From contig PFCW01000001.1 of NCBI GenBank assembly GCA_002763115.1, forward strand, positions 44,491 to 81,754: DNA of 37,264 nt. The letters run 5' to 3'. Position 1 is the stretch's first letter. Each line of letters opens with the position of its first letter. The position numbers and the translations under genes were made by a program. The notes below the pieces were generated by a model that saw nothing but the letters and a program-made list of their open reading frames with translations, was not told where the DNA came from and searched no databases. This DNA comes from Candidatus Pacearchaeota archaeon CG10_big_fil_rev_8_21_14_0_10_31_59. Lineage in GTDB: Archaea; Nanobdellota; Nanobdellia; Pacearchaeales; CG1-02-31-27. This document shows, one piece after another, positions 10,014 to 18,330 of this stretch.

Positions 10014-10120
10014 TTTTTTTCTCTTATAACCAAGAAATTCATAAGAATTTCTGGTCCAGAAAATTTTTCAAATTTTCTTGGAAGAGAAAAAATTTCATGA
10101 AAAAGAAAACTATATTTTAT
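10014..10120 (+). repeat. Structured spacer module, copy A (16S-tRNAAla spacer)
   Basis: AACCAAGAAATTCATAAGAATTTCTGGTCCAGAAAATTTTTCAAATTTTCTTGGAAG plus flanks. About 90 percent identical to 29222-29330 and related to 32790-32848. Confidence 0.8.
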
Positions 10121-10139
10121 AGTCATATCGACGAAAAAT

Positions 10140-10258
10140 GGGCCCGTAGCTCAGTTGGTTTAGAGCGCCTCCCTTGCAAGGAGGAGGCCCCGTGTTCGAG
10201 AAAATTTTTGCTCTATCTCTTCTAGTGAGTAAAAATTTCGAAAGTCACGGCGGGTCCA
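10140..10258 (+). tRNA. tRNA-Ala(UGC) with a 44-nt intron at 59/60 (T-loop)
   Basis: GGGCCCG/CGGGTCC acceptor, GCTC/GAGC D stem, CCTCC/GGAGG anticodon stem, loop CTTGCAA. The T stem CCGTG/CACGG is separated by 51 nt instead of 7. A perfect BHB forms at the insertion. Confidence 0.9.
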
Positions 10259-10259
10259 T

Positions 10260-10286
10260 TTAAACTTCTTTTGAAAAGAAGTTTAA
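10260..10286 (+). repeat. TTAAACTT...AAGTTTAA hairpin directly 3' of tRNA-Ala
   Basis: TTAAACTTCTTTTGAAAAGAAGTTTAA starts 2 nt after the discriminator base. Confidence 0.7.
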
Positions 10287-10435
10287 TCAAGAAACCTGGT
10301 TTAAACCTAGGTTAACGATATGCGTTGAAAAACGTCGTGACATTATATTCATCAATTCAATAGATGAAATTAACAAAGATGAAGCCGGTAAATTTTATTT
10401 ATCGTCGGATTTGTCGAGGATAATAATCCAATGAG

Positions 10436-10455
10436 GCAAAATAACACATACTTTC
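10436..10455 (+). other. 23S processing-stem 5' strand (pairs with 13354-13373)
   Basis: GCAAAATAACACATACTTTC is the perfect reverse complement of GAAAGTATGTGTTATTTTGC (20/20). Confidence 0.8.
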
Positions 10456-10459
10456 CTGA

Positions 10460-13285
10460 TAGATGCTACAAAAGCTACTAGACGGATGGATTGGTTTAGG
10501 TTGCGACGAAGGGCGTGGCAAGCTGCGATAAGCTTGGGGGAGATGCATGCAGTCTTAGATCCCAAGATTCCCGAATGCTGAATGAGTCTTTAGAGACATT
10601 TCGAAAGAAAAGCATACCTGGGGAATTGAAACATCTTAGTACCCAGAGGAAAAGAAAATAGTAATGATTCCCTTATTAGCAGCGAGCGAAAAGGGAAGAG
10701 AGCAAACCGAATCTTTCTTGAAAAAGAATAGAGATGTGGTGTTGGTTTACCTGCAGCTGTTGAATCGAAGTTGACTGGAAAGTTACACTTTAAAGGGTGA
10801 TAGTCCCGTAGATGTAGACAGTATGGCTTAGCCAACAAAGAGTAACGTCCGCTGGATTGGGGGCGTGAATATGGCTTAACTAAAAGCTAACTCTAAATAT
10901 AAACCTAAGTCCGATAGCGAATTAGTACTGCGAAGGAACTCTGAAAAGTACTCTTAACAGAGGGTTAAAAGACCTGAAATCTAGTAGTTATAGACTGTTG
11001 CGGTTCTAAGGAATTGCAACGTACGTTTTGAAAAACGGGCCGGGGAGTTTACCTAATTGGCGAGGTTAATGCAAAAGAAGCCGAAGCGAAAGCGAGTCTG
11101 AAAGGGCGTTTTAGTCAATTGGGTAAGACCTGAAACCGAGTGATCTAGCCTTGGGCAGGTTGAAGCTTCTCTTACGAGGAGTGGAGGACCGAACTAGTGC
11201 TACGGACAAGTGCTTGGATGATCTGAGGCTAGGGGTGAAAAGCCTATCTAACTCGGCGTTGGCTGGTTCCTGTCGAAATATGCCTTAGTATAGCTTCATT
11301 TAGTTGGTTAACGAGGTAAAGCTACGGATTGGGTGTACAAGGTTGTAATGACTGCGGTATCCTATCCAACTCAGAACTTGTTAACAATGTAAAATGAGAC
11401 AAAGCGCGTGCGGGTAAGCTGCATGTACAAGAGCAGAACAATGCAAACTAAAGTTAAGGTCCTTAAGTTCATGTTAAGTGCATCGAAAGTGGTTTTAAGC
11501 CCAAGACAGAAGGGAGGTAGGCTCAGAAGCAGCCACCCTTTAAAGAAAGCGTAACAGCTCACCTTTCGAGGTTTAAAGCGCTGAAAATGGACGGGGCTAA
11601 ACATGGCACCGATACTTTAGACAATTCTCAGTTGAGGATTTGTGGTAGGCAGGCGTACTGCTTGGACAGAAGTTTTCTCGAGAGAGAGGATGGACCGAGT
11701 AGTAATGAAAATCCCGGTATTAGTAGGATCTAAGTTTCCTGAGAACGGAAACCGTCGAAAGGGGTATGGGTTCCTCGGCAATGTCGTTCAACCGAGGGTT
11801 AGTCGGTCCTAACTTTAACCTTAATATAGTTATTGGAATGGGAATCAGGTTAATATTCCTGAACTAGATGGCTAGAGCGCGAGCGAACTAATATAAATGA
11901 CGCTTTGAGATAAGCAGAACATTCTATATGGATGTCTTTCTGTATAACTCTGTGGAGTGTTGTAATAACGAGAAGCAGAAGAAAACAAAAAGCTAAATTT
12001 GTTGAGTCTTAGAGCCAGTGAAAAATTTTATTAGCGAACCATCTAACCGTACCTAGATCTGACACAAGTACCCTAGCTTAATAGGCTAAGACGGGAAAGG
12101 TTAATCTTCGTAAGGGAATTCGGCAATCTAGCCCCATATCTTCGGTATAAGGGGTGCCTATTTCTGTGTTGCAGAAGTTCAGCAGAAGTAGGTTGCAATT
12201 ACAAGGACTGCCCGACTGTTTATCAAAAACGTAGCCGCCTGCAACCCCGAAAGGATATGTATAGGCGGTGAGATCTGCCCAGTAATGGTGTCTAAAACTC
12301 TTTTTCAAGAGAGCTAAGGTCCATTAAACGGCGGGCCTAACTATGAGGCTCTTAAGGTAGCGTAATGCCTTGTCGTTTGAATAACGACGTGCATGAACGG
12401 TTTAACGAGGTGGTCGCTGTCCCTACGAAGAACCTTCCGAACCTTTCATTTTGGTGCAGGGACCAAAGACATCTATTGGGAAGCGGAGACCTTGTGGAAC
12501 TTTACTGCAGCCTGCGACTGTTTTTCACGAATAATTACATAGCGTAAGTAGGAGATGTTATGTTTCAACTTTCGGGTTGGAAATAATCACCAATGTAAAA
12601 CTACTTAGTTGTTCTTGAAAAACTTACTCGATAGAGGACACTTGTTGGTGGGCAGTTTGGCTGGGGCGGCACCCTACCGAAAAGATATCGGTAGGGCCCA
12701 ATGGTAAGCTCATTGTGGTTGGAAACCATGAAAGGAGCGTAGAGGTAAATGCTTGCCTGACTGTGTCTTGCACAGCAAGAGACGCAGACGCGAAAGCGCG
12801 GCTCAGCGAACCCTTATAGTCTTTTAGTGGGACTTAAGGATGACAGAAAAGTTACCCCAAGGAAAACAGGGTGGTCGCGCCCGATAGTTCACATTGACGG
12901 CGCGGCTTGCTACATCGCCGTCGGCTCTTCCTATCCTGGGTGTGCATAAGCATCCAAGGGTGCGGGAGTTCACCACTTAAAAGGAATCGTTAGCTGGGTT
13001 AAGAACGTCGTGAGACAGTTTGTTTGATATCTAATAGATGTGTTGTTGACTGAATGAAAGGACGAAGTAGTACGAGAGGAACCTTCGTCCGGCGCCTCTG
13101 GTGTACCGGTTGTTTTCATACAGCAGGCCGGGTAGCTACGCGCTAACTGATAAATGCTGAATGCATCTAAGCATGAAGCAGCTCGTAAAAATAGTCAACC
13201 AAGGCCGTTATAGAAGATAACGTTGATAGAGTGGGTGTGTAAGATTCAAGGTAACGAGAATTTCAGCACTCCACAACTAATAGCC
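10460..13285 (+). rRNA. 23S rRNA (ends approximate, +/- 20 nt)
   Basis: GACGAAGGGCGTGGCAAGCTGCGATAAGC near the 5' end, GACTGTTTATCAAAAAC, PTC region at 12850-13030, sarcin-ricin loop AGTACGAGAGGAAC at 13069-13082. Confidence 0.9.
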
Positions 13286-13312
13286 TTAAACTTTTTTCGA
13301 AAAAAAGTTTAA
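13286..13312 (+). repeat. TTAAACTT...AAGTTTAA hairpin 3' of 23S
   Basis: TTAAACTTTTTTCGAAAAAAAGTTTAA followed by ACAAAAA, the same flank as after tRNA-His. Confidence 0.7.
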
Positions 13313-13353
13313 ACAAAAAACCTAAACTTTTAATCGGAAATTTTCTATCGAGA

Positions 13354-13373
13354 GAAAGTATGTGTTATTTTGC
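13354..13373 (+). other. 23S processing-stem 3' strand
   Basis: Perfect 20-nt complement of 10436-10455. Confidence 0.8.
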
Positions 13374-13512
13374 TTATAAATTTGGAATTCTAAAATATGT
13401 TTTGAACTGAAGAAATAAATATAAATCTACAAAATATCTTAGTTAAATGAAAAAAGCATGTTGGTATGTTTTCGGAATTATTTTTGTTATTATCTGAGCA
13501 ATTTTTTCATTT

Positions 13513-13713
13513 ATGTGGAGTAATGCTATGACTTTTTGTAATGGAATGGATTCTATTTCAACTTACTGCATTGTTAAACAATCAACATATGGTCCAATTT
13601 TTGTAATCTCTTTTTTATTAGCAATCGGATGTTTTATTTGTGCTTTAATACAAGGTAAAGAAGAAAAGAAAGAAAGAGAATTTAGAAAATTTATAGCTGA
13701 AAAATTAAAATGA
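13513..13713 (+). CDS. Small membrane protein, hypothetical
   Basis: One TM helix (GPIFVISFLLAIGCFICALI). ATGA stop/start overlap with the next ORF. Confidence 0.4.
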   Translation: MWSNAMTFCNGMDSISTYCIVKQSTYGPIFVISFLLAIGCFICALIQGKEEKKEREFRKFIAEKLK

Positions 13714-14189
13714 CTAAAAATGTAAACTCAGAATTAATGGGAGCGATTATAATTCTCGGAATTATTTTGGTCGGGTTATTAGTAGTAATTTTTTATATTG
13801 CGGGAAGTCTTGGGAAAGAAATATCAAATTCAGTTTGTCAAAGACCTTATGTATGGTACAAAGAAGAATGTTGTTTGGATGAAAATAATAATAATATTTG
13901 TGACGACCAAGATTATTACGAATACCTTCTTATCATAGAATCTCTCAAAGAAACGGAAAAAATTAAAGAGGAAACTAATTATCAGTATTACGAACCAGTT
14001 TATGAATCTCAACCAACTTATCAACAAATTTATCCAAAATATATTTGTGGTTACAATGCTTATAATTGTAGAGATTTTAGAACTCAAAGAGAAGCTCAAG
14101 AAGTTTATGAATTTTGTGGTGGAAGAAGCAATGATGTTCACTGGCTGGATGAGGATAAAGATGGAAGAGCTTGTGAGTGGTCTCCATAG
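13710..14189 (+). CDS. Membrane-anchored protein with C-terminal Excalibur calcium-binding domain
   Basis: N-terminal TM helix. The C-terminal YNCRDFRTQREAQEVYEFCGG...LDEDKDGRACEW matches the Excalibur DxDxDGxxCE pattern. Confidence 0.7.
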   Translation: MTKNVNSELMGAIIILGIILVGLLVVIFYIAGSLGKEISNSVCQRPYVWYKEECCLDENNNNICDDQDYYEYLLIIESLKETEKIKEETNYQYYEPVYESQPTYQQIYPKYICGYNAYNCRDFRTQREAQEVYEFCGGRSNDVHWLDEDKDGRACEWSP

Positions 14190-14283
14190 ATAATTTCTAA
14201 CATAATAAATTATTTATATTCATGATTTCAAAAAACTTTAATCTCCTAACTTCTTACAAATTCCCCCCAAGTATTTTGATATC

Positions 14284-14646
14284 TCAGAAATCTTCTTCCT
14301 TAATAATTCCTTCATTTGAAAGATGTAGATAAGCCGACTTCTGAGCTCTCTCTTTTTTGATCTCTTCCATTATTTTCTCAACTGAAGTTTCTCTTTGGTA
14401 CCCGTATTCATCTTTTCTAATTAAAACATTTCTTCCATTAATTCTCTTTATATAAAGAGATCCGTTATAACCATCATTTTCATCCAAAATGGGAATTTCA
14501 TCATACTTGCTTAATCTTTGTCTTGTTTTTGTTGTCTCTCTCAAACTTTTTTCTATTAAAGGGAGGAATTCTTTATTTAGTGCACGGCTTTCAGAAGTAG
14601 TCATTCTCCCGCATACCATCTTTCTTGATTCAATTTTTTTAGTCAT
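14284..14646 (-). CDS. Hypothetical protein
   Basis: Clean 120-aa ORF in an otherwise unoccupied interval. No motif recognised. Confidence 0.45.
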   Translation of the reverse strand: MTKKIESRKMVCGRMTTSESRALNKEFLPLIEKSLRETTKTRQRLSKYDEIPILDENDGYNGSLYIKRINGRNVLIRKDEYGYQRETSVEKIMEEIKKERAQKSAYLHLSNEGIIKEEDF

Positions 14647-14725
14647 ATATAAACAATAAACTTGAACTATAAAAAATTAACTGCATTATAGAAATTTATT
14701 TATAATCTTTCTTCTTAACTAAAAT

Positions 14726-15574
14726 ATGCCCCTGAACAAAAAAAGAGTTTTGATTGCTTCAATCTTTTTGATTTTAGTTGTAGTAATTATTATTCTTGCT
14801 GTTAATCCAAAGCCAACCGGAAATGTAATAAAAAATCTAAATGAAAGAGAAACAGGAGTTGTAACAAAGATTATCGACGGAGATACTGTCATTGTGAAAG
14901 GAGAATCAGTTCGATTATTGGGAATTGATACAGATGAACAAGGTTATCCTTGCTATGAACAGGCGAAATTAAGATTGGAAGAGTTAGTTTTAAGCAAAGA
15001 AGTTGAACTTGAACAAGATGTTGAAGATAAAGACCAATATGGAAGATACTTAAGATATATTTTTCTTGACGGAGAAAATATAAATCTGAAAATGGTTGAA
15101 GAGGGCTTGGCTGTTGCAAGATTTTCCTCGGAAAACAAAAATTACAAGGAAGAAATTTTAAAAGCTGAAGAAAATGCCATGCAAAATAAAATTGGCTGCA
15201 AGTGGTCTGGTTCATCCCAATTATCTGAATATTCATCTTCAACAACTGAAACTGAAAACGAAGAAATTTTAGATCCTAATATTATAAGAGCTTGTTCAGC
15301 CTCTGATTTTATAGGACAGGAAAAAACTGTTCAAGGTAAAATTGTTGATGTTTACAAAAGCAAGACCAATACTGTTTTTATCAACTTTGAAAAACCTTAT
15401 CCGAATACATGCTTTACAGCAGTTATATTTTCTTCTGATTTAAGCAAATTTCCTTCTGAAATAGAAAATTATTTTGAAGATAAAACTGTAAAGATAACAG
15501 GCAAGATTAAGGAATATAATGGTAAACCGGAAATTATCTTGGATGAGCCATCACAAATTGAAATTGTAAAATAA
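14726..15574 (+). CDS. Membrane-anchored/secreted thermonuclease (SNase family) with C-terminal OB-fold-like domain
   Basis: TM anchor, then DGDTVIV...VRLLGIDTDE...GRYLRYIF...NLKMVEEGLA (staphylococcal nuclease pattern). C-terminal TVQGKIVDV...VKITGKIKEYNGKPEIIL. Confidence 0.85.
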   Translation: MPLNKKRVLIASIFLILVVVIIILAVNPKPTGNVIKNLNERETGVVTKIIDGDTVIVKGESVRLLGIDTDEQGYPCYEQAKLRLEELVLSKEVELEQDVEDKDQYGRYLRYIFLDGENINLKMVEEGLAVARFSSENKNYKEEILKAEENAMQNKIGCKWSGSSQLSEYSSSTTETENEEILDPNIIRACSASDFIGQEKTVQGKIVDVYKSKTNTVFINFEKPYPNTCFTAVIFSSDLSKFPSEIENYFEDKTVKITGKIKEYNGKPEIILDEPSQIEIVK

Positions 15575-15633
15575 CTAAAAAGATTATTTTTCTTTACAAT
15601 AAAACTTAAAAACAATTACATTGATAAATAATT

Positions 15634-16653
15634 ATGGGATCAAAAGAGGACTTGGAAAATTTAGTTCTGATTTCTTCAACTAAAGATAATAATTTTGCTT
15701 TGAATGTTGCAAACTATCTTAAAAAATCTTTATGCGAAACAAAGAAAATAGGATTTAAAGATTCTGATTTGAAAACGAAGATAGCAGATAAAGAGACTGT
15801 GAGGGGAAGAGATGTTTATCTGATAATGACTTTTACCCCGACACTTGCTGAAAGATTGCAGGAATTAATTGTATGGACAGATGCTTTAGTAAGCGGTGCA
15901 GCTAAAAGTTTGACTTTTGTCTTGCCCTATTTTTTTGGTAGCAGACAGGACAGAAAAACAGAAAGGGGAGAACCCGTGAATATAAGAGCATATATTAATG
16001 CATTAAGAGGAGCTGCTGGAGGAGACAGAACAGCTTTTATCACAGTTGATATTCATAGTGAACAAAGTTTGGCTTTAGCCAGAGAGTTTGATAATGTAAA
16101 ACCTTTGCCATTATATGCTTCAGATATAAGATCTAATTATGGAACTGATGTTGTAATAGTATCTCCGGATGCTGGAGGTGTTAGAAAATGTGAAAGTTTA
16201 AGGGAAATGCTACAAACAGAAGGTTTGGCATGGATAGCAAAAACCAGACCAGAAGTTGGAAAATCTGAAGTTTTAGGTTTAAGCGGTCATAATGTTGAAG
16301 GTAAAACTGCAGTAATAGTTGATGATATCATCGACGGTGGAGGAACGATAGTTAATGCTTATGAAACTCTAATGAAAAATGGGGCAAAGAATGTTGTTGT
16401 TTATGCAACTCATTTATTGTTAACTGAAAATGCAACGGAAAAATTAAAATCTTTAGAATATGCGAAATTTATAGGAACAGATACAGTACTCCAACCAGAT
16501 TCTGTTTTATCTAAACTTGGAATAAGAATTCTTCCGATTTCTTATGTTGTGGCTGAAGCAATAAGAAGAAAACATTTAGCAATTTCAACTCTTGCGTTAT
16601 ACACTGAAAAAGTTGTAGAAATTTGCGGTCTTGGAAAGTATATCAAAAAGTAA
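15634..16653 (+). CDS. prs: Ribose-phosphate pyrophosphokinase (PRPP synthetase)
   Basis: Contains SRQDRK, VSPDAGGVRK and the PRPP loop VIVDDIIDGGGT. Confidence 0.9.
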   Translation: MGSKEDLENLVLISSTKDNNFALNVANYLKKSLCETKKIGFKDSDLKTKIADKETVRGRDVYLIMTFTPTLAERLQELIVWTDALVSGAAKSLTFVLPYFFGSRQDRKTERGEPVNIRAYINALRGAAGGDRTAFITVDIHSEQSLALAREFDNVKPLPLYASDIRSNYGTDVVIVSPDAGGVRKCESLREMLQTEGLAWIAKTRPEVGKSEVLGLSGHNVEGKTAVIVDDIIDGGGTIVNAYETLMKNGAKNVVVYATHLLLTENATEKLKSLEYAKFIGTDTVLQPDSVLSKLGIRILPISYVVAEAIRRKHLAISTLALYTEKVVEICGLGKYIKK

Positions 16654-16710
16654 TTATTTACAACAGAAATCTATTTAAATCCACCCTTACATTACAAACT
16701 AAAGGTTAAA

Positions 16711-16857
16711 ATGGCAGACCCAAATTGTCCAAAATGCAAAGGTAAGGGGATAATAACAGAAAAAAACGGAACAGTTCATACTTGCTGGGAGTGTCTTAGA
16801 AAGGGAACTATGGACCAGCATTCTAAAGATTTAAAAGACCCCGGAATAAAACTTTAA
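16711..16857 (+). CDS. Small zinc-ribbon protein (48 aa), hypothetical
   Basis: Below the ORF-track cutoff. Reads MADPNCPKCKGKGIITEKNGTVHTCWECLRKG..., with a CxxCxGxG...CxxC pattern. Confidence 0.45.
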   Translation: MADPNCPKCKGKGIITEKNGTVHTCWECLRKGTMDQHSKDLKDPGIKL

Positions 16858-16901
16858 TTTCTATAACTACTTCAATTAACATTTAGCAAGAGAAATAAAA
16901 C

Positions 16902-17168
16902 TTAATCTTCCATCATATTCTTCAAAATCTCATCGCCTGACTCAACAATATTTTTTATAATCTCTCTTTCTGTAACTGAAGGATTTTTGTCCACCATTCC
17001 CAAAGCTTTGGAAGCGCCAACCATTGTTGCTACTTTTTCAGCCCCGGTTCCTTTGGCTTTTCTCATTACATACTGGGAAATTTCTTCGTTGCTAGCAGAT
17101 GGGTTTTCTCTTTTGTATCTTAGAGCAGTTGAAGCTCCGTTCACCATTGCAATTTTTACTTCTTCCAT
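16902..17168 (-). CDS. Hypothetical protein with internal duplication
   Basis: Two repeats of MV(N)GASxAL...NPSxxxxEI. Confidence 0.5.
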   Translation of the reverse strand: MEEVKIAMVNGASTALRYKRENPSASNEEISQYVMRKAKGTGAEKVATMVGASKALGMVDKNPSVTEREIIKNIVESGDEILKNMMED

Positions 17169-17224
17169 ATTAGTTTTATTTTTTTTCCTTTTTAAATTTT
17201 TATATTCTTAATTAACATCAAAAT

Positions 17225-18280
17225 TTAATTGATAAATTCAAATTGCGTTTCATCCTTGTCAAAAGTAGGATATTCTTCAACTCTGGCGATTTTGTATTTT
17301 TTTAATTTTAATATTCCCGGAACAATTTTTTCATCCAAGATTATCCTGTTTTTATTTTTGTCAACATATATTTCCTTGAATTTTTTCAGTTCCTTTGCTG
17401 TTTTATCAACATTTTTTGCGTAAATTGCAAAATACCTGACTGTTCCATCCGGAGTTCTGTAGCCATATTTATAAATTTTATGCAATTTTAATCTGTTTTT
17501 ATACTGGTGCCAGTTTTTTGTTTCTGCAGTGCATAAATGAATTTTTAATTTTAGTTTTTCTTTTTCAGCCTGTCTTATAATCCATAAACCAGCTTTTTTA
17601 GAATCTGCAATTGTATAACCATCCTTATTCAGCTTGTAATTTTTTGTTATAATGTCATAATTTGTCTCGCTTATTTCAAATTCATTCAGATTAACAAATC
17701 CAATGTAATTTTTTAGTTTTTTTATAAATTCCCAAATTTCCTTTTTCCTTTCTGGAAAACAGGGCATTTCAATTCCAATATTTTGTTTTTTCCAGAATAA
17801 TAAAGCAAGTTTTATTTTTTCTATGTCAAAATTTTTATCTTTTTCTGAAAGATTTCTTGACAAAAATAAAGGATGAAATCTTACTTCATCGACGTATTTT
17901 GATAATTTTTGCAATTTTTCTTTTGTAACAAATAGCGTAGGCAAATAAATGTGCATGTGAAAATTTTTAAATTCCTTTTTTAATGCCTTTGCAAATCTTA
18001 TTGTTCTTTCAAAAAATAAAAGAGGATCTCCTCCGGTTATTCCTGCAGATGTCGCATTGCTCTCTTTAACCTCGGAAATAACGTCCTTAACATTTTTGCA
18101 TTCTCTTTCATTTGCCCAAATTTTATCAATATCTTTTCTTTTCTTGCTCAAAGAACAATACCAGCATTTAACAGGACATTTTCCGGTTATAAACAAAACT
18201 AATTTTTCTCCTTTTATACAATATTTGCATCCATCAGCAATTCCGTTCAGACAATAAGATGAAAATTTTGTTTTTTGCAT
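17225..18280 (-). CDS. Radical SAM protein (PFL-activase-related family)
   Basis: CPVKCWYCS (CxxxCxxC) followed by GITGGDPLL. Confidence 0.85.
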   Translation of the reverse strand: MQKTKFSSYCLNGIADGCKYCIKGEKLVLFITGKCPVKCWYCSLSKKRKDIDKIWANERECKNVKDVISEVKESNATSAGITGGDPLLFFERTIRFAKALKKEFKNFHMHIYLPTLFVTKEKLQKLSKYVDEVRFHPLFLSRNLSEKDKNFDIEKIKLALLFWKKQNIGIEMPCFPERKKEIWEFIKKLKNYIGFVNLNEFEISETNYDIITKNYKLNKDGYTIADSKKAGLWIIRQAEKEKLKLKIHLCTAETKNWHQYKNRLKLHKIYKYGYRTPDGTVRYFAIYAKNVDKTAKELKKFKEIYVDKNKNRIILDEKIVPGILKLKKYKIARVEEYPTFDKDETQFEFIN

Positions 18281-18330
18281 CCATATAAAAAATAAATTAT
18301 ATTTAAATAGATAATTGTTTATTACTTTTT

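Noticed and set aside
10052-10058. Module linker TGGTCCA is complementary to TGGACCA at the 16S 3' terminus (9997-10003)
   Set aside because: The match is only 7 nt, and copy B has TGGGCCA, which breaks it. Chance cannot be excluded.
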